DNA from: Microcystis aeruginosa NIES-843
GTDB lineage: Bacteria; Cyanobacteriota; Cyanobacteriia; Cyanobacteriales; Microcystaceae
Length of the DNA stretch: 32,000 nt
Direction: 5' to 3'
Assembly: GCF_000010625.1 (NCBI RefSeq)
Contig: NC_010296.1
Coordinates: forward strand, 1,770,001-1,802,000
A model generated the notes under the pieces. That model made no database searches and was not told the DNA's origin. It worked only from the letters and a program-made list of their open reading frames with translations. The translations under genes were made by a program, and so were the position numbers. Shown in pieces: positions 16,707-26,334 of the stretch; position 1 is the stretch's first letter, and every line of letters starts with the position of its first letter.

Positions 16707-16943
16707 ATGAACTTCAACCTTGATCTGGAAGATGAATTAAGTCAGCAACTACAGGCTTTATCTCGCTCTACAGGCAAATCCCAGAATGCTTTGATCCGAG
16801 AAGCAATACAGCTTTTAATTACCACAAAGGAACAGTCGCAATGGTCGTCAACTATCCTTAATTTTCAAGGGGTAAGTGATGGTATTGTTTTTGAAGCTTA
16901 TAGAAAGGAACTTTCCCCACCTAGAGAAGATGAGGTGATTTAG
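16707..16943 (+). CDS. Ribbon-helix-helix (CopG/VapB-like) antitoxin
   Basis: 78 aa. The N-terminal RHH pattern (...LSRSTGKSQNALIREAIQLLI) is present. Its stop overlaps the GTG of a PIN-like reading frame (TAGTG). Confidence 0.7.
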   Translation: MNFNLDLEDELSQQLQALSRSTGKSQNALIREAIQLLITTKEQSQWSSTILNFQGVSDGIVFEAYRKELSPPREDEVI

Positions 16944-17086
16944 TGCTGGTTTTGCTCGATACTTGTACGATTAGTGATTTTGTCAAAGGTGATAGCAATA
17001 CTCTAGGGCAGATCAAAAATCACTGTCTGTTAATAGGTGCAACGGCGATTACTCTTGACATCCTCACCGCCGTAAACGGACGGTGA
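16943..17086 (+). pseudogene. Truncated PIN-domain toxin (vapC) N-terminal fragment
   Basis: The GTG at 16943 overlaps the antitoxin stop. The frame reads (M)LVLLDTCTISDFVKGDSNTLGQIKNHCLLIGATAITL, with the typical PIN start and first catalytic Asp. It then runs into the right end of the element at 17054 and stops after 9 foreign codons (47 aa versus ~130 expected). Confidence 0.6.
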
Positions 17087-17418
17087 TTCCTCACCACGCC
17101 ACCTTTTTAGGATGGTCGTTGAATGGGGTTGACGCAGATAGCGAAAAACGCTTAATTGCTTAAGTCTGACTCTTTCGACCCGTCCGTTTTGAGTGTCCGG
17201 ATGCCGGACGGCCACTTTGAACAAGTCGAAAAAATCTAATGTTCAACCTTATTTCCTAGAAAGTTTTACTCGTTCAAGGCCGAATTTGAATTCTTTTCTG
17301 AACAAAACCCCCTACTATCTGTGGTCAAGGTTCAGTTTTTAGCTTGGTTATCGCTTTTTCCATTGTAGCTTAAAGCCGTCCTAAAAGGACGGGGTTTTAA
17401 CCCAAATTTTCGATAATC
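17054..17418 (-). mobile_element. tnpB-less IS200/IS605-type mini-element, copy B (homologue of 12702-13061)
   Basis: Same 5' block, internal blocks and 3' block (..GGCGGTGAGGATGTCAAG, ending at 17054) as copy A. It has a perfect left-end hairpin ccgtcc-tttta-ggacgg and a right-end hairpin caccgTccg-ttta-cggcggtg with one extrahelical T. The relic frame reads ..VAVRHPDTQNGRVE...GEESPSVYGGEDVK. Confidence 0.5.
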
Positions 17419-17426
17419 TTAAATTG

Positions 17427-17634
17427 AATAGGACTTGCTGAAAAAGTAGGGGCGAAGCATTCGGACAGGAAATCTACGGTTTCAGCGATAGGTTATACCC
17501 GAATGCTTCGCCCCCAGAGGACACAATCGCCTTTTAGGAATAATTGGGGGGAAAATTCAGGGACTTTTTCCCTGAAAATTAGGTAAAACCCCACACTCGG
17601 CCCCCACGAAAAACTTTTTGCCGCATACCCTAAA
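17427..17634. mobile_element. MITE, short copy of the family at 28224-28659
   Basis: Left end aataggacttgctgaaaaagt. It has the long hairpin aggggcgaagcattcgg...ccgaatgcttcgcccc, the block ggggggaaaattcagggactttttccctgaaaattaggtaaaacccc, and the right end actttttgccgcataccctaaa. All are collinear with the ends of the 28.2-kb copy. Confidence 0.75.
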
Positions 17635-17650
17635 TACTGGCTTTCTGTCT

Positions 17651-18733
17651 TTAACGGCTGATTCCGCGAAGTTGCTCCAGAAGTTGATCAAGAATGTCTT
17701 CCATCTCTTCCGGGCTTCTGCCCATCCTGACCGGTCCGCGCAGAAACTCTTTAACCGTTATCTTTTTATCGCGGAAGTCACGGACAAAATTATAGATTTT
17801 TTCGGTGGATTGAACTTGTAATTTCATCTCCTCTAGCATTTGCTCAATCGGGTCGATGCCATCCTTCTCACAAGCGCGACTGGCCCTCACCATCTCGCCT
17901 TCCGGGGTATTTCGCACCGAGCGCAGTTCTCTTTTCAGGTTCTCGTATTGCTTTTTGAGTAGTTCGTTATTGGTTTCAACCCTCTCGCACTGTCGTTTGA
18001 GGTCGCTTTCCGATGAGCCTTCAACCGCGAAAGAGTCCCCCATTTGATGCTGTCGTTCGATTTCCAGCAGTCTGGCAATATCTCCCTCTTTATAGGCGCG
18101 GTTGACTTCCTTCATAATCTCGTTGTGACGCATCCGAGTTTCGGGGTCTGTAACCTTGTCGGGGTGAAAAATCTCGGCCATTCTCAGGAAAGTGCGGCGT
18201 ATTTGTCTAGATTCAGGAGATTTAGGCGAGCTTTCAGGTGATAGCTCTGTTCCATCATCGTGACGGCCGTAGGAGTCTCCCCCAGAGAAGAAATCCTGCG
18301 CGGATTGCTCCGATGCTCCTTCTGGTTCTTCGTCTCCGAAAAGTTCGTCTAGTTCTTCATCTCCATCGTCAAATTTTGGGCTAATCACCCCCGTTAACTG
18401 AAGTGTCTCGTAAATTCCGAGAATCCTTTTTTTTGTCTGCTGCCCCAATTTTCTAGCAGTGAGGATTTCGTCAAAAAGGGCGTGTATTTCGCGGTCGAGG
18501 TCGGTAAGTTTTTGATAGAGAGGTTGCCCTCTCTGGAAAATCTCCGTCGCTAAGGAACGCATCTGGTCGAGGAATTTCTTCAGTTCGTTGCGTTTTCTGC
18601 CAATCTGCTTGAGGAGCCACTGGTGCTCCTCCTCTAAAGCTTGGAGACGAAAATGTAGGGAAGACAGAGCCAAGGAAGGAGAGGTAGGCGAATCAGAGGA
18701 GTTCGGTGATTTCGGCTTTTTAGATCTGGTCAT
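17651..18733 (-). CDS. J-domain (DnaJ-like) protein with coiled-coil N-terminus
   Basis: 360 aa. A central J-domain signature includes the HPD tripeptide (FLRMAEIFHPDKVTDPETRMRHNEIMKEVNRAYKEGD). Confidence 0.75.
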   Translation of the reverse strand: MTRSKKPKSPNSSDSPTSPSLALSSLHFRLQALEEEHQWLLKQIGRKRNELKKFLDQMRSLATEIFQRGQPLYQKLTDLDREIHALFDEILTARKLGQQTKKRILGIYETLQLTGVISPKFDDGDEELDELFGDEEPEGASEQSAQDFFSGGDSYGRHDDGTELSPESSPKSPESRQIRRTFLRMAEIFHPDKVTDPETRMRHNEIMKEVNRAYKEGDIARLLEIERQHQMGDSFAVEGSSESDLKRQCERVETNNELLKKQYENLKRELRSVRNTPEGEMVRASRACEKDGIDPIEQMLEEMKLQVQSTEKIYNFVRDFRDKKITVKEFLRGPVRMGRSPEEMEDILDQLLEQLRGISR

Positions 18734-18749
18734 TACTTTGGGGTGAAAG

Positions 18750-21365
18750 ATTAGGGGTCGAGAAGGTCGTCACCGACCTCCCCTCCCATTCAGAACCGTG
18801 CGTGATACTTTCGCATCACACGGCTCCTAGTTTGACTGTTCCCTTGTTAAGGATACAGCTTGACTTCTTTTGGTTGTCCTTGTATTATCTATACTAACTT
18901 CTAATGGTGTTAGCGTAGATGATTTTGGGCTTCCATCAGATGCCGATTTATCATCGTGACAGTGGCGGTGTAGTAATTGAAGGTTCTTGTATTCATCCTT
19001 TCCGCCTAAGCTTAGAGGGTGAATGTGGTCAACTTCAATTAAATCCGATGGGGTGAAATACTGCCCACATCGGCTACACTTGCCTTGTTGCTTTTTGAGT
19101 AGTTTGGCTACTCTTGTCGGTGTGTCGATTGCTTGTCCTCGTCTGGTCGCCCAGTAAGTCCAATTTCCGTCAAATGGTGATGCGTCGGGGCGTACTAGGG
19201 TATGTCTGACGATTGGTGTCCAATTATGTTTCCATAGATAGAGACCGTTTTTGGTTTTGAATAACCAAGATTCGTGTCTTTCTTTCCCATTGCTGAGTTT
19301 AACTGTATCCGGTCTAAAATAATTTCTCAGCTTTTCGTAGTTCGCTTTACCGCATCTTGATACTGTCCATGCCCTTAACATTAACCAGGTTGTATTGTCT
19401 AGTTTATTGAAGGTATCCATAGATACTACTCCTGAGTAGTAGTTAGCCCAACCTCTAATGATTGGGTTTAGTCGACTAATCAGGGCTGATTGAGGTGCTG
19501 TTTTGTGTTTTTTGATTACACCTTTAATCGCTTCTGTGTGGGTTTTAACTGCTTTTTGGCTGGGTTTGATGTGGGTTTTGTGACCAATTAATCGTTTTGC
19601 CCCATCTTTCCCAGATTTGTATTTTCCTACTGGATATTGCCTGATATTGAATCCTAGAAAGTCAAAACCGGGTTCTTCCATTTTCCCATTGTATTCAATA
19701 GGTTTGAGTGTGTGACACACTCTGGTTTTTTCTGGTTTAAGTTCTAATCCAATAGGCTTTAACCATTCAGAAATGGCAGTTTTGCACTGTTCAATGATTT
19801 CGAGTGATGGTGAAATCACCACAAAATCATCGGCGTACCTTATTAAAACAGCTTGATTTTTACCATTTCCCTTTTTGGGAAATAGTGTTTCAATTAATCT
19901 TGCCATTCCATCCAGTGCGATGTTGGCTAGTAGTGGACTTATTACCCCTCCTTGTGGTGTCCCTGTTTCTGTTTCTTCAAATACACCGTTATCCAAAACT
20001 CCTGCTTTGAGCCATTGTTTTATGTCTCTTTTCAGGGAACTTGGACAATGAATTTTGGACAGTAAAAAGTCGTGATTAATTCGGTCAAAACACTTGGCAA
20101 TATCAGCATCTAATACAAAGTAGCTACTTTGATTAATGGTGATGTATATCCTTGATATAGCGTCATGGTCAGACCTTCCGGGTCGGAAACCATAGCTGGT
20201 TCCTTCCATTTTTGACTCCCATTCTGGTTCAAGTGCCGATTTAATCAACGCTTGTCTAGCTCTGTCTTTGATGGTTGGTATTCCTAATGGGCGTTTTTCA
20301 TCCCTGCCGGGTTTAGGAATCCATACCCTTCTTAGCGGTTTTGCTTTAAGTGTTCCTTTGATTTCTTCGGTTAGATTTAGCCTTTGTTCTGGGGATATTG
20401 CTATCATTCCATCGACTCCTGCTGTTTTCTTTCCTTGATTATCTTGGGTTACTTTGCGAACTGCTAATAAACGAGCATAGTATGATTTCACCAATAGACG
20501 TTGCAACCTTCTAACCTTTGCATCCTGTCCCGATTTAGCCGCTTGGTATATCCTCTTTTGGAGCTTGAAAACATATCTTTGGACTTTTGCCCAATTGATA
20601 GTTTTCCATACATTCGTAGTCTTAGTGGTTTTCGGTTTCCCGAATCCTTTACCTTCTCTCGATTTCGTCATATAGACTCCTACTAGACTCTATCCTTACA
20701 ATCAAACCGTAACCCGTCAGCATATCCTGATTATTACTGTCAGGCGTTGGCTTTTGGTTACATCTCACACCCTTGAAGGCTTGCGCTTACACTTATCGCT
20801 ACTGGGTATTTCGACCGATACTCAGAGCCTAAAAGGGTTTATAACGTTCCGTTTATATGGGCATTCCATCTTTAGATTTGTCCTCTCCACCGGGGTACTT
20901 TAAAGGTCTGTGTGAGTGGGAAAGGTAAGACCCTCACTATTCCCCTTATTCTTTTGAATGTAGTGTGTCAACCTATTTCACTACTCAATGTTTACGATGG
21001 TTCAAGTCGGACATTTGGCTCACGCCTAATCTTGGATGGTTGGCAGTGGTCTCGGTTTGGATGTTAGGTTACATCTAGGAGCCTTCCGTTCCCCGCTTCA
21101 GTCCCAGAGTTGTGACTTCTGAATCTGGGGGTGGCTATCGCCGTTACTCTCAGCTTTGTAACGATTTGTGATTGATTGTTACAAAGTGTATTGACCTTGA
21201 GTCCCCTTGCCTGATTTGGTATCGGGTGATACTAAACGTTGGGACATATAAACAGTTATAAGGTTGGTCTGGGTTGACCTCTTAGATTCAGTCGGGGGAC
21301 TGAAGACCTTACTAGGCGGTTATTTCGGGCATTTCAGCCCTATTTCATGCCTAAACGTTTCGCAC
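18750..21365 (-). mobile_element. Group II intron (ribozyme + intron-encoded protein), ~2.6 kb
   Basis: On the minus strand the 5' end is GTGCGAAACG (21365). A canonical domain V, GAGCCGTGTGATGC-GAAA-GTATCACGCACGGTTC (18826-18793), has the AGC triad and a 2-nt bulge and starts right after the IEP stop. A domain VI-like stem with a bulged A follows, and the intron ends ..CCCCTAAT at about 18750. The 5' boundary is ambiguous; a second GTGCGA lies at 21443. Confidence 0.85.
18827..20671 (-). CDS. Group II intron reverse transcriptase/maturase with C-terminal DNA-binding and HNH endonuclease domains
   Basis: 614 aa. RT motifs are present (RRVWIPKPGRDEKRPLGIPTIKDR, FDRINH, GTPQGGVISPLLANIALD, LIRYADDFVV). 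A maturase X region (LNPIIRGWANYY) and an En domain (CSRCGQYF...VDHIHPLSLGGKDEYKNLQLLHRHCH) are also present. Confidence 0.96.
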   Translation of the reverse strand: MTKSREGKGFGKPKTTKTTNVWKTINWAKVQRYVFKLQKRIYQAAKSGQDAKVRRLQRLLVKSYYARLLAVRKVTQDNQGKKTAGVDGMIAISPEQRLNLTEEIKGTLKAKPLRRVWIPKPGRDEKRPLGIPTIKDRARQALIKSALEPEWESKMEGTSYGFRPGRSDHDAISRIYITINQSSYFVLDADIAKCFDRINHDFLLSKIHCPSSLKRDIKQWLKAGVLDNGVFEETETGTPQGGVISPLLANIALDGMARLIETLFPKKGNGKNQAVLIRYADDFVVISPSLEIIEQCKTAISEWLKPIGLELKPEKTRVCHTLKPIEYNGKMEEPGFDFLGFNIRQYPVGKYKSGKDGAKRLIGHKTHIKPSQKAVKTHTEAIKGVIKKHKTAPQSALISRLNPIIRGWANYYSGVVSMDTFNKLDNTTWLMLRAWTVSRCGKANYEKLRNYFRPDTVKLSNGKERHESWLFKTKNGLYLWKHNWTPIVRHTLVRPDASPFDGNWTYWATRRGQAIDTPTRVAKLLKKQQGKCSRCGQYFTPSDLIEVDHIHPLSLGGKDEYKNLQLLHRHCHDDKSASDGSPKSSTLTPLEVSIDNTRTTKRSQAVSLTREQSN

Positions 21366-21445
21366 CATATTGTCTATTCTACCAAGCCGGAAGGAGCCGC
21401 ATTCCTAAAACTCACCCTTGGCTCATTTTGTTGTTTCTCGCACCT

Positions 21446-21583
21446 CCCCAATTCCCCAATTCCCCAATTCCCCAATTCCCCAATTCCCCACTTCCCCAGC
21501 TCCCCACTTCCCCACTTCCCCACTTCCCCATCTCCCCACTTCCCCACTTCCCCACTTCCATCACCCCATCACCCCATCACCCC
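21446..21583. repeat. Phased octamer array: 17 CCCC runs at exact 8-nt period (CCCCAATT x5, CCCCACTT-type x9, CCCCATCA x3)
   Basis: Counted directly: C4 runs start at 21446, 21454, ... 21550, then 21564, 21572, 21580. The complement is (G4N4)n on the minus strand. Confidence 0.97.
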
Positions 21584-21865
21584 TGCGCCGGCGCTCCTGC
21601 GGAAACCTTTTTAAGTGGCTAGAAGCTAGATATATCAATGGTCTTAATTAATTCTTATCAATCGAATTAAATTTTTGTAAATAAAATTCTCGCTCGGATT
21701 AATTATTTTTTCCAAATTCCGCTAGACTTATTTAGTAAGTTCAATCGAGATTCAATATTCCATAGCTAAATTTCTATAGCACGGGCTAGAAGGAAAGTTT
21801 AGCGAGGGATTCCTTTACCCATAATTCAGCACACATACTTGCTTTAGCAGCAGGCAGGAGATTCT

Positions 21866-23224
21866 ATGTCAAATTTTTCGAGACGGAAATTCTTAACCAC
21901 AGCGGCAGTTTCAGCGGCAGGGGCTGTTGTCCTGAAAGGTTGTGTTGGTAATCCCCCCGACACTACGGGTGGAACCACCACCACCGCGCCCGCTTCCCCG
22001 GTTGCTTCTCCCGTCGCCATCGCCCCGGAACAAGCTCCTGAAACCACCAAAATTAAATTAGGTTATATTCCTATCGTTGAGGCCGCACCCTTAATTATTG
22101 CCAAGGAAAAAGGCTTTTTCGCCAAACACGGGATGCCCGATGTGGAAGTCTCCAAACAAGCAAACTGGGGATCTGCTAGAGATAACGTCGAAATTGGGGC
22201 AGATGCGGGCGGAATTGACGGGGGACAGTGGCAAATGCCCATGCCTTACCTAATTTCCGAGGGACTAATCACCAAAAATAACGTTAAAGTCCCCATGTAT
22301 GTGTTAGCGCAGTTAAACACCCAGGGTAACGGAATTGCGATTGCGGGTAAACACGAGGGCAAAAATATCGGTTTAGACCTAAAACCCGCCAAAGATTACA
22401 TCCTCGGCATGAAAACGACGGGAACTCCCTTCAAAGCCGCCTATACTTTCCCGAAAGCTAATCAAGACTTCTGGATTCGTTACTGGTTAGCCGCCGGTGG
22501 TATTAACCCCGATACGGATATTAACCTAATTGCCGTACCCGCAGCCCAAACCGTGGCCAACATGAAAACGGGAACCATGGATGCGTTTAGTACCGGCGAT
22601 CCCTGGCCGGCGCGAATTGTGGCTGATCAGATCGGTTTTATGTCAGCTTTAACCGCAGAAATCTGGCCCTATCACCCGGAAGAATACCTCGCTATCCGCG
22701 CCGATTGGGTGGATAAAAACCCGAAAGCCACCAAAGCGGTGTTAAAAGGAATTATGGAAGCGCAGCAATGGCTCGATCAAGAGGCAAATCGGGCAGAAGC
22801 GGCGGCAATTCTCGCTAAACCGGCTTATTTCAACCTCAAAGAAGAAATTATCGCCGGTCCCCTCAAAGGAATGCAGAAAATGGGTGACGGTAAACCGGAA
22901 ATCACCGACAAAAATAAAGGGGTTTTCTACTGGAAAGATCCCGCCGGTAGCGTTTCCTATCCCTACAAGAGTCATGATCTCTGGTTTTTAACCGAAAGTG
23001 TTCGTTGGGGTTTCTTGCCGAAAGAAACTTTAACCACTGCCTCAGCATTAATCGACAAAGTTAACCGCGAGGATCTTTGGAAAGCGGCAGCCACAGAATT
23101 AGGAGTTCCTGCGGCCGATATTCCCACCAGTACCTCCCGGGGTGTCGAAAAATTCTTTGATGGCAAAACTTTTGATCCTGCCAATCCCCAAGCTTATCTC
23201 GATAGTTTGGCGATCAAAAAATAG
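21866..23224 (+). CDS. nrtA: Nitrate/nitrite ABC transporter substrate-binding lipoprotein NrtA
   Basis: Twin-arginine/lipoprotein signal ([15 protein letters not shown]...LKGC). [22 protein letters not shown] and [15 protein letters not shown] match NrtA rather than the bicarbonate-binding paralogue CmpA, judged from remembered family sequences. Confidence 0.88.
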   Translation: MSNFSRRKFLTTAAVSAAGAVVLKGCVGNPPDTTGGTTTTAPASPVASPVAIAPEQAPETTKIKLGYIPIVEAAPLIIAKEKGFFAKHGMPDVEVSKQANWGSARDNVEIGADAGGIDGGQWQMPMPYLISEGLITKNNVKVPMYVLAQLNTQGNGIAIAGKHEGKNIGLDLKPAKDYILGMKTTGTPFKAAYTFPKANQDFWIRYWLAAGGINPDTDINLIAVPAAQTVANMKTGTMDAFSTGDPWPARIVADQIGFMSALTAEIWPYHPEEYLAIRADWVDKNPKATKAVLKGIMEAQQWLDQEANRAEAAAILAKPAYFNLKEEIIAGPLKGMQKMGDGKPEITDKNKGVFYWKDPAGSVSYPYKSHDLWFLTESVRWGFLPKETLTTASALIDKVNREDLWKAAATELGVPAADIPTSTSRGVEKFFDGKTFDPANPQAYLDSLAIKK

Positions 23225-23336
23225 CGAGCTTTTCTCGATAGGCTAGGGGCATAAAATATCTAGTCTATTAATCCCAAAAGTGTTTTCTTCTCTTCCCAAT
23301 CCAGTAACTTTATCTTCAACAAAGGAAAACGGCAAA

Positions 23337-24167
23337 ATGGCAAGTAGCGTCAGCAGAAAAAGTAACGGTGGTTTCAACTTCGGTAAATTCTGGAAAAAAC
23401 ATTCCCAAGACATTCTTCCCCCTATTATCGGTACCTTGGGTTTTCTGATTGTTTGGCAATTAGTCTCGATGCTGGGATTAATCAAATTACCCCCCCCATC
23501 CGACCTAATCACCAATGAACGGACTCGTACCTATTTAATGTATCCTTTCTTTGATCGTGGGGGCATTGATAAGGGACTATTCTGGCAAACTTTAGCGAGT
23601 CTGCAACGGGTATTAATCGGTTATTCTTTTGCCGCAGTGGTTGGTATTGGCGTTGGGATTATGGTCGGTTTAAATTCCTTCTTAAATAAGGCCCTCGATC
23701 CCCTTTTCCAATTCCTAAGAACAGTTCCTCCTCTTGCTTGGGTTCCCCTATCTTTGGCCGCTTTACAACAAAATCAACCAGCTGCTTTATTCGTGATCTT
23801 TATTACCGCAGTTTGGCCGATTTTGATTAATACCACCGTCGGTGTCCAACAAATTCCCCAAGACTATATCAACGTTAAACAAGTCTTGCAATTGTCCAGC
23901 AAAAAATTCTTCTTCAAGATATTAATTCCCTCGGCACTTCCCTACATCTTCACTGGTTTGAGAATTGCGATCGGTTTAGCTTGGTTAGCGATTATCGCAG
24001 CTGAAATCGTTATGTCGGGTATCGTCGGTATCGGTTTCTTTATCTGGGATGCCTACCAAAATAACTACATCAGCGATATTATTCTTGCGCTGTTTTATAT
24101 CGGTGGTGTGGGTTTATTGCTCGATCGCTTTATGGCTTGGTTGCAAAATCAAATCGTTCGTCAATAG
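23337..24167 (+). CDS. nrtB: Nitrate/nitrite ABC transporter permease NrtB
   Basis: Polytopic permease in the conserved position after nrtA. The ATG at 23337 gives 276 aa; the track start 23280 is upstream and non-ATG. Confidence 0.88.
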   Translation: MASSVSRKSNGGFNFGKFWKKHSQDILPPIIGTLGFLIVWQLVSMLGLIKLPPPSDLITNERTRTYLMYPFFDRGGIDKGLFWQTLASLQRVLIGYSFAAVVGIGVGIMVGLNSFLNKALDPLFQFLRTVPPLAWVPLSLAALQQNQPAALFVIFITAVWPILINTTVGVQQIPQDYINVKQVLQLSSKKFFFKILIPSALPYIFTGLRIAIGLAWLAIIAAEIVMSGIVGIGFFIWDAYQNNYISDIILALFYIGGVGLLLDRFMAWLQNQIVRQ

Positions 24168-24236
24168 GGAATAAATGGGGAAACTTTCCCCATTTTCAAA
24201 TAACTGAAACTTGAGCCAATTTAAGGAGAAAAAACT

Positions 24237-26255
24237 ATGAGTTTGTTTGTCGCTGTCGATAACATTGATAAAGTATTCCCCCTTAGTGGTGGCGGTGAAT
24301 ATGTGGCCTTGAAAGGGATTGATTTACAGATAAAAAAAGGGGAATTTATCTCCCTCATCGGTCACTCCGGTTGCGGAAAATCCACCCTCTTAAACATGAT
24401 CGCTGGTTTAGATTTGCCCACGGAAGGAGTGGTGACTTTGCAAGGTCAAAGCATTAAAAAACCGGGACCTGATCGCATGGTAGTCTTCCAAAACTATTCC
24501 CTTTTGCCCTGGTTAACTGTCAAAGAAAATATTACTCTGGCCGTCGATCAAGTTCTCACCCAACTATCAGAAGAAGAAAGAAAAGCTGAAGTCGAAAAAT
24601 ATATCGATCTGGTCAATCTTCGTCATGCAGTGGATAAACGTCCCAACGAATTATCGGGGGGGATGAAACAACGGGTAGCGATCGCTCGCGCCCTAGCCAT
24701 TCGTCCGAAAGTGCTACTTTTAGATGAACCCTTTGGCGCGTTAGATGCCCTGACTAGAGGTAATCTACAGGAACAGTTAATGCAGCTGTGCGAAGAATAC
24801 CAAATGACCTCGGTAATGGTGACGCACGATGTGGATGAAGCGGTGCTATTATCCGATCGCATCGTCATGCTCACCAACGGCCCCGGCTCAAAAATTGGCG
24901 GTATTTTGGAAGTGGATATCCCCCGTCCCCGCAAACGCATGGAAGTGGTGGAACACCCCAGTTACTACAGTCTCCGGAGTGAAATTATCTATTTCCTCAA
25001 CCAACAAAAACGGATCAAAAAACTGCGCGCCCGCAAAGTCGAAGTAATTGCCCGTCACGGTTTAGAAAAAGTCAATCTAGAAATCGGTTTTGTTCCCCTC
25101 ACCGCTTGCGCGCCCCTAGCAGTGGCCAAAGAAAAGGGATTCTTCACTAAACATGGTCTAGATGAGGTGAATTTGGTCCGGGAAACCAGTTGGCGAGGGG
25201 TTGTGGACGGGATCGCGGGGGGATTCCTCGACGGGGCGCAAATGCCTTCGGGAATGCCCACCTGGTTAACCGTCGGTGGTTATCAGGAGCAACCTTTGCC
25301 GATTGTCAGCGCCCTGACTATGACTCGTAACGGTAACGGTGTCACCCTCGCTAAACGCTTCTATGACGAGGGAGTGATTGACGGTAACGCTTTAAAACAG
25401 ATGCTATTGGAATCGAAGGAGCAGCGCCATATTTTTGGCATTGTTCACCCCTCCTCGATGCACAATTTGCTCCTACGTTACTGGTTAGCGGCAGCGGGAA
25501 TTGACCCGGATCAAGACGTTCACCTCGAAACTATTCCCCCAGCCCAAATGGTAGCCGACCTGAAAACCGGTAGTATTGACGGTTACTGTGTCGGTGAACC
25601 CTGGAACCTACGGGCCGCTATGGAAGATATCGGTTACACTGTCGCTACCGACTTAGAAATCTGGCAGGGCCACCCGGGTAAGGCCCTGGGAGTCCGGGAA
25701 GATTGGGCCAATAAATACCCTAATACCCATGTCGCTTTAGTTAAAGCACTGCTGGAAGGTTGTCGCTACTGTGCCGATGAAACAAATCAGGAAGAAATTC
25801 GTCAAATCCTCGCCAGTCGTCAGTACCTTAGTACCAATATCGATTATATCCAACTGGGTGATCCCAACTCCTACGCGTGCAGTCTCGATCAACCAATGAA
25901 AGAATATGCACACCATCTGTTCTATGGAGAAGGGGTAAATCGTCCCAGTCGTACCGAACACCTCTGGATGATGACCCAAATGGCGCGCTGGGGCCACATT
26001 CCTTTCCCCCGTAACTGGGTAGAAATTCTCGAACGCGTCTGTCGGGTGGGTGTTTTTAGTACCGCGGCCCGGGAATTGGGTCTAGGGGATATTAAATATC
26101 GTCGCACACCGATCCTTTTATTCGATGGTATCGAGTTTGATGCCGAGGATCCGATCGGTTATCTCAATAGTTTAGAGATCAAACAAAACATCACCATGGC
26201 CGAAGTGGCTATTGATGCTCGTCCTGGTGCCAGTGAATCTCGCAAAATTGCCTAA
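24237..26255 (+). CDS. nrtC: Nitrate/nitrite ABC transporter ATPase NrtC with C-terminal NrtA-like regulatory domain
   Basis: Walker A GHSGCGKST, signature LSGGMKQR and Walker B LLLDEPF. The C-terminal ~400 aa are homologous to NrtA (FVPLTACAPLAVAKEKGFFTKHGL versus the NrtA segment [24 protein letters not shown]). Confidence 0.9.
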   Translation: MSLFVAVDNIDKVFPLSGGGEYVALKGIDLQIKKGEFISLIGHSGCGKSTLLNMIAGLDLPTEGVVTLQGQSIKKPGPDRMVVFQNYSLLPWLTVKENITLAVDQVLTQLSEEERKAEVEKYIDLVNLRHAVDKRPNELSGGMKQRVAIARALAIRPKVLLLDEPFGALDALTRGNLQEQLMQLCEEYQMTSVMVTHDVDEAVLLSDRIVMLTNGPGSKIGGILEVDIPRPRKRMEVVEHPSYYSLRSEIIYFLNQQKRIKKLRARKVEVIARHGLEKVNLEIGFVPLTACAPLAVAKEKGFFTKHGLDEVNLVRETSWRGVVDGIAGGFLDGAQMPSGMPTWLTVGGYQEQPLPIVSALTMTRNGNGVTLAKRFYDEGVIDGNALKQMLLESKEQRHIFGIVHPSSMHNLLLRYWLAAAGIDPDQDVHLETIPPAQMVADLKTGSIDGYCVGEPWNLRAAMEDIGYTVATDLEIWQGHPGKALGVREDWANKYPNTHVALVKALLEGCRYCADETNQEEIRQILASRQYLSTNIDYIQLGDPNSYACSLDQPMKEYAHHLFYGEGVNRPSRTEHLWMMTQMARWGHIPFPRNWVEILERVCRVGVFSTAARELGLGDIKYRRTPILLFDGIEFDAEDPIGYLNSLEIKQNITMAEVAIDARPGASESRKIA

Positions 26256-26334
26256 AAATCGACTAAGGGGATAATTCCTAGCCAATTATCCCTAGCCATT
26301 GCTCCTATTAACTAATTTCCCCCAAAGACTAATC

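Noticed and set aside
21264-21651. Three overlapping proline-rich ORFs (116, 91 and 77 aa) from the ORF track
   Set aside because: They are translations of the CCCCAATT/CCCCACTT octamer array in all three frames (PNSPIPQF...), so they are repeat artefacts.
21677-21690. NtcA-binding site GTA-N8-TAC upstream of nrtA
   Set aside because: Only the GTA half is present (GTAaataaaatTCT) and no full GTA-N8-TAC was found by eye in 21601-21865. It is kept as an open question, not a call.
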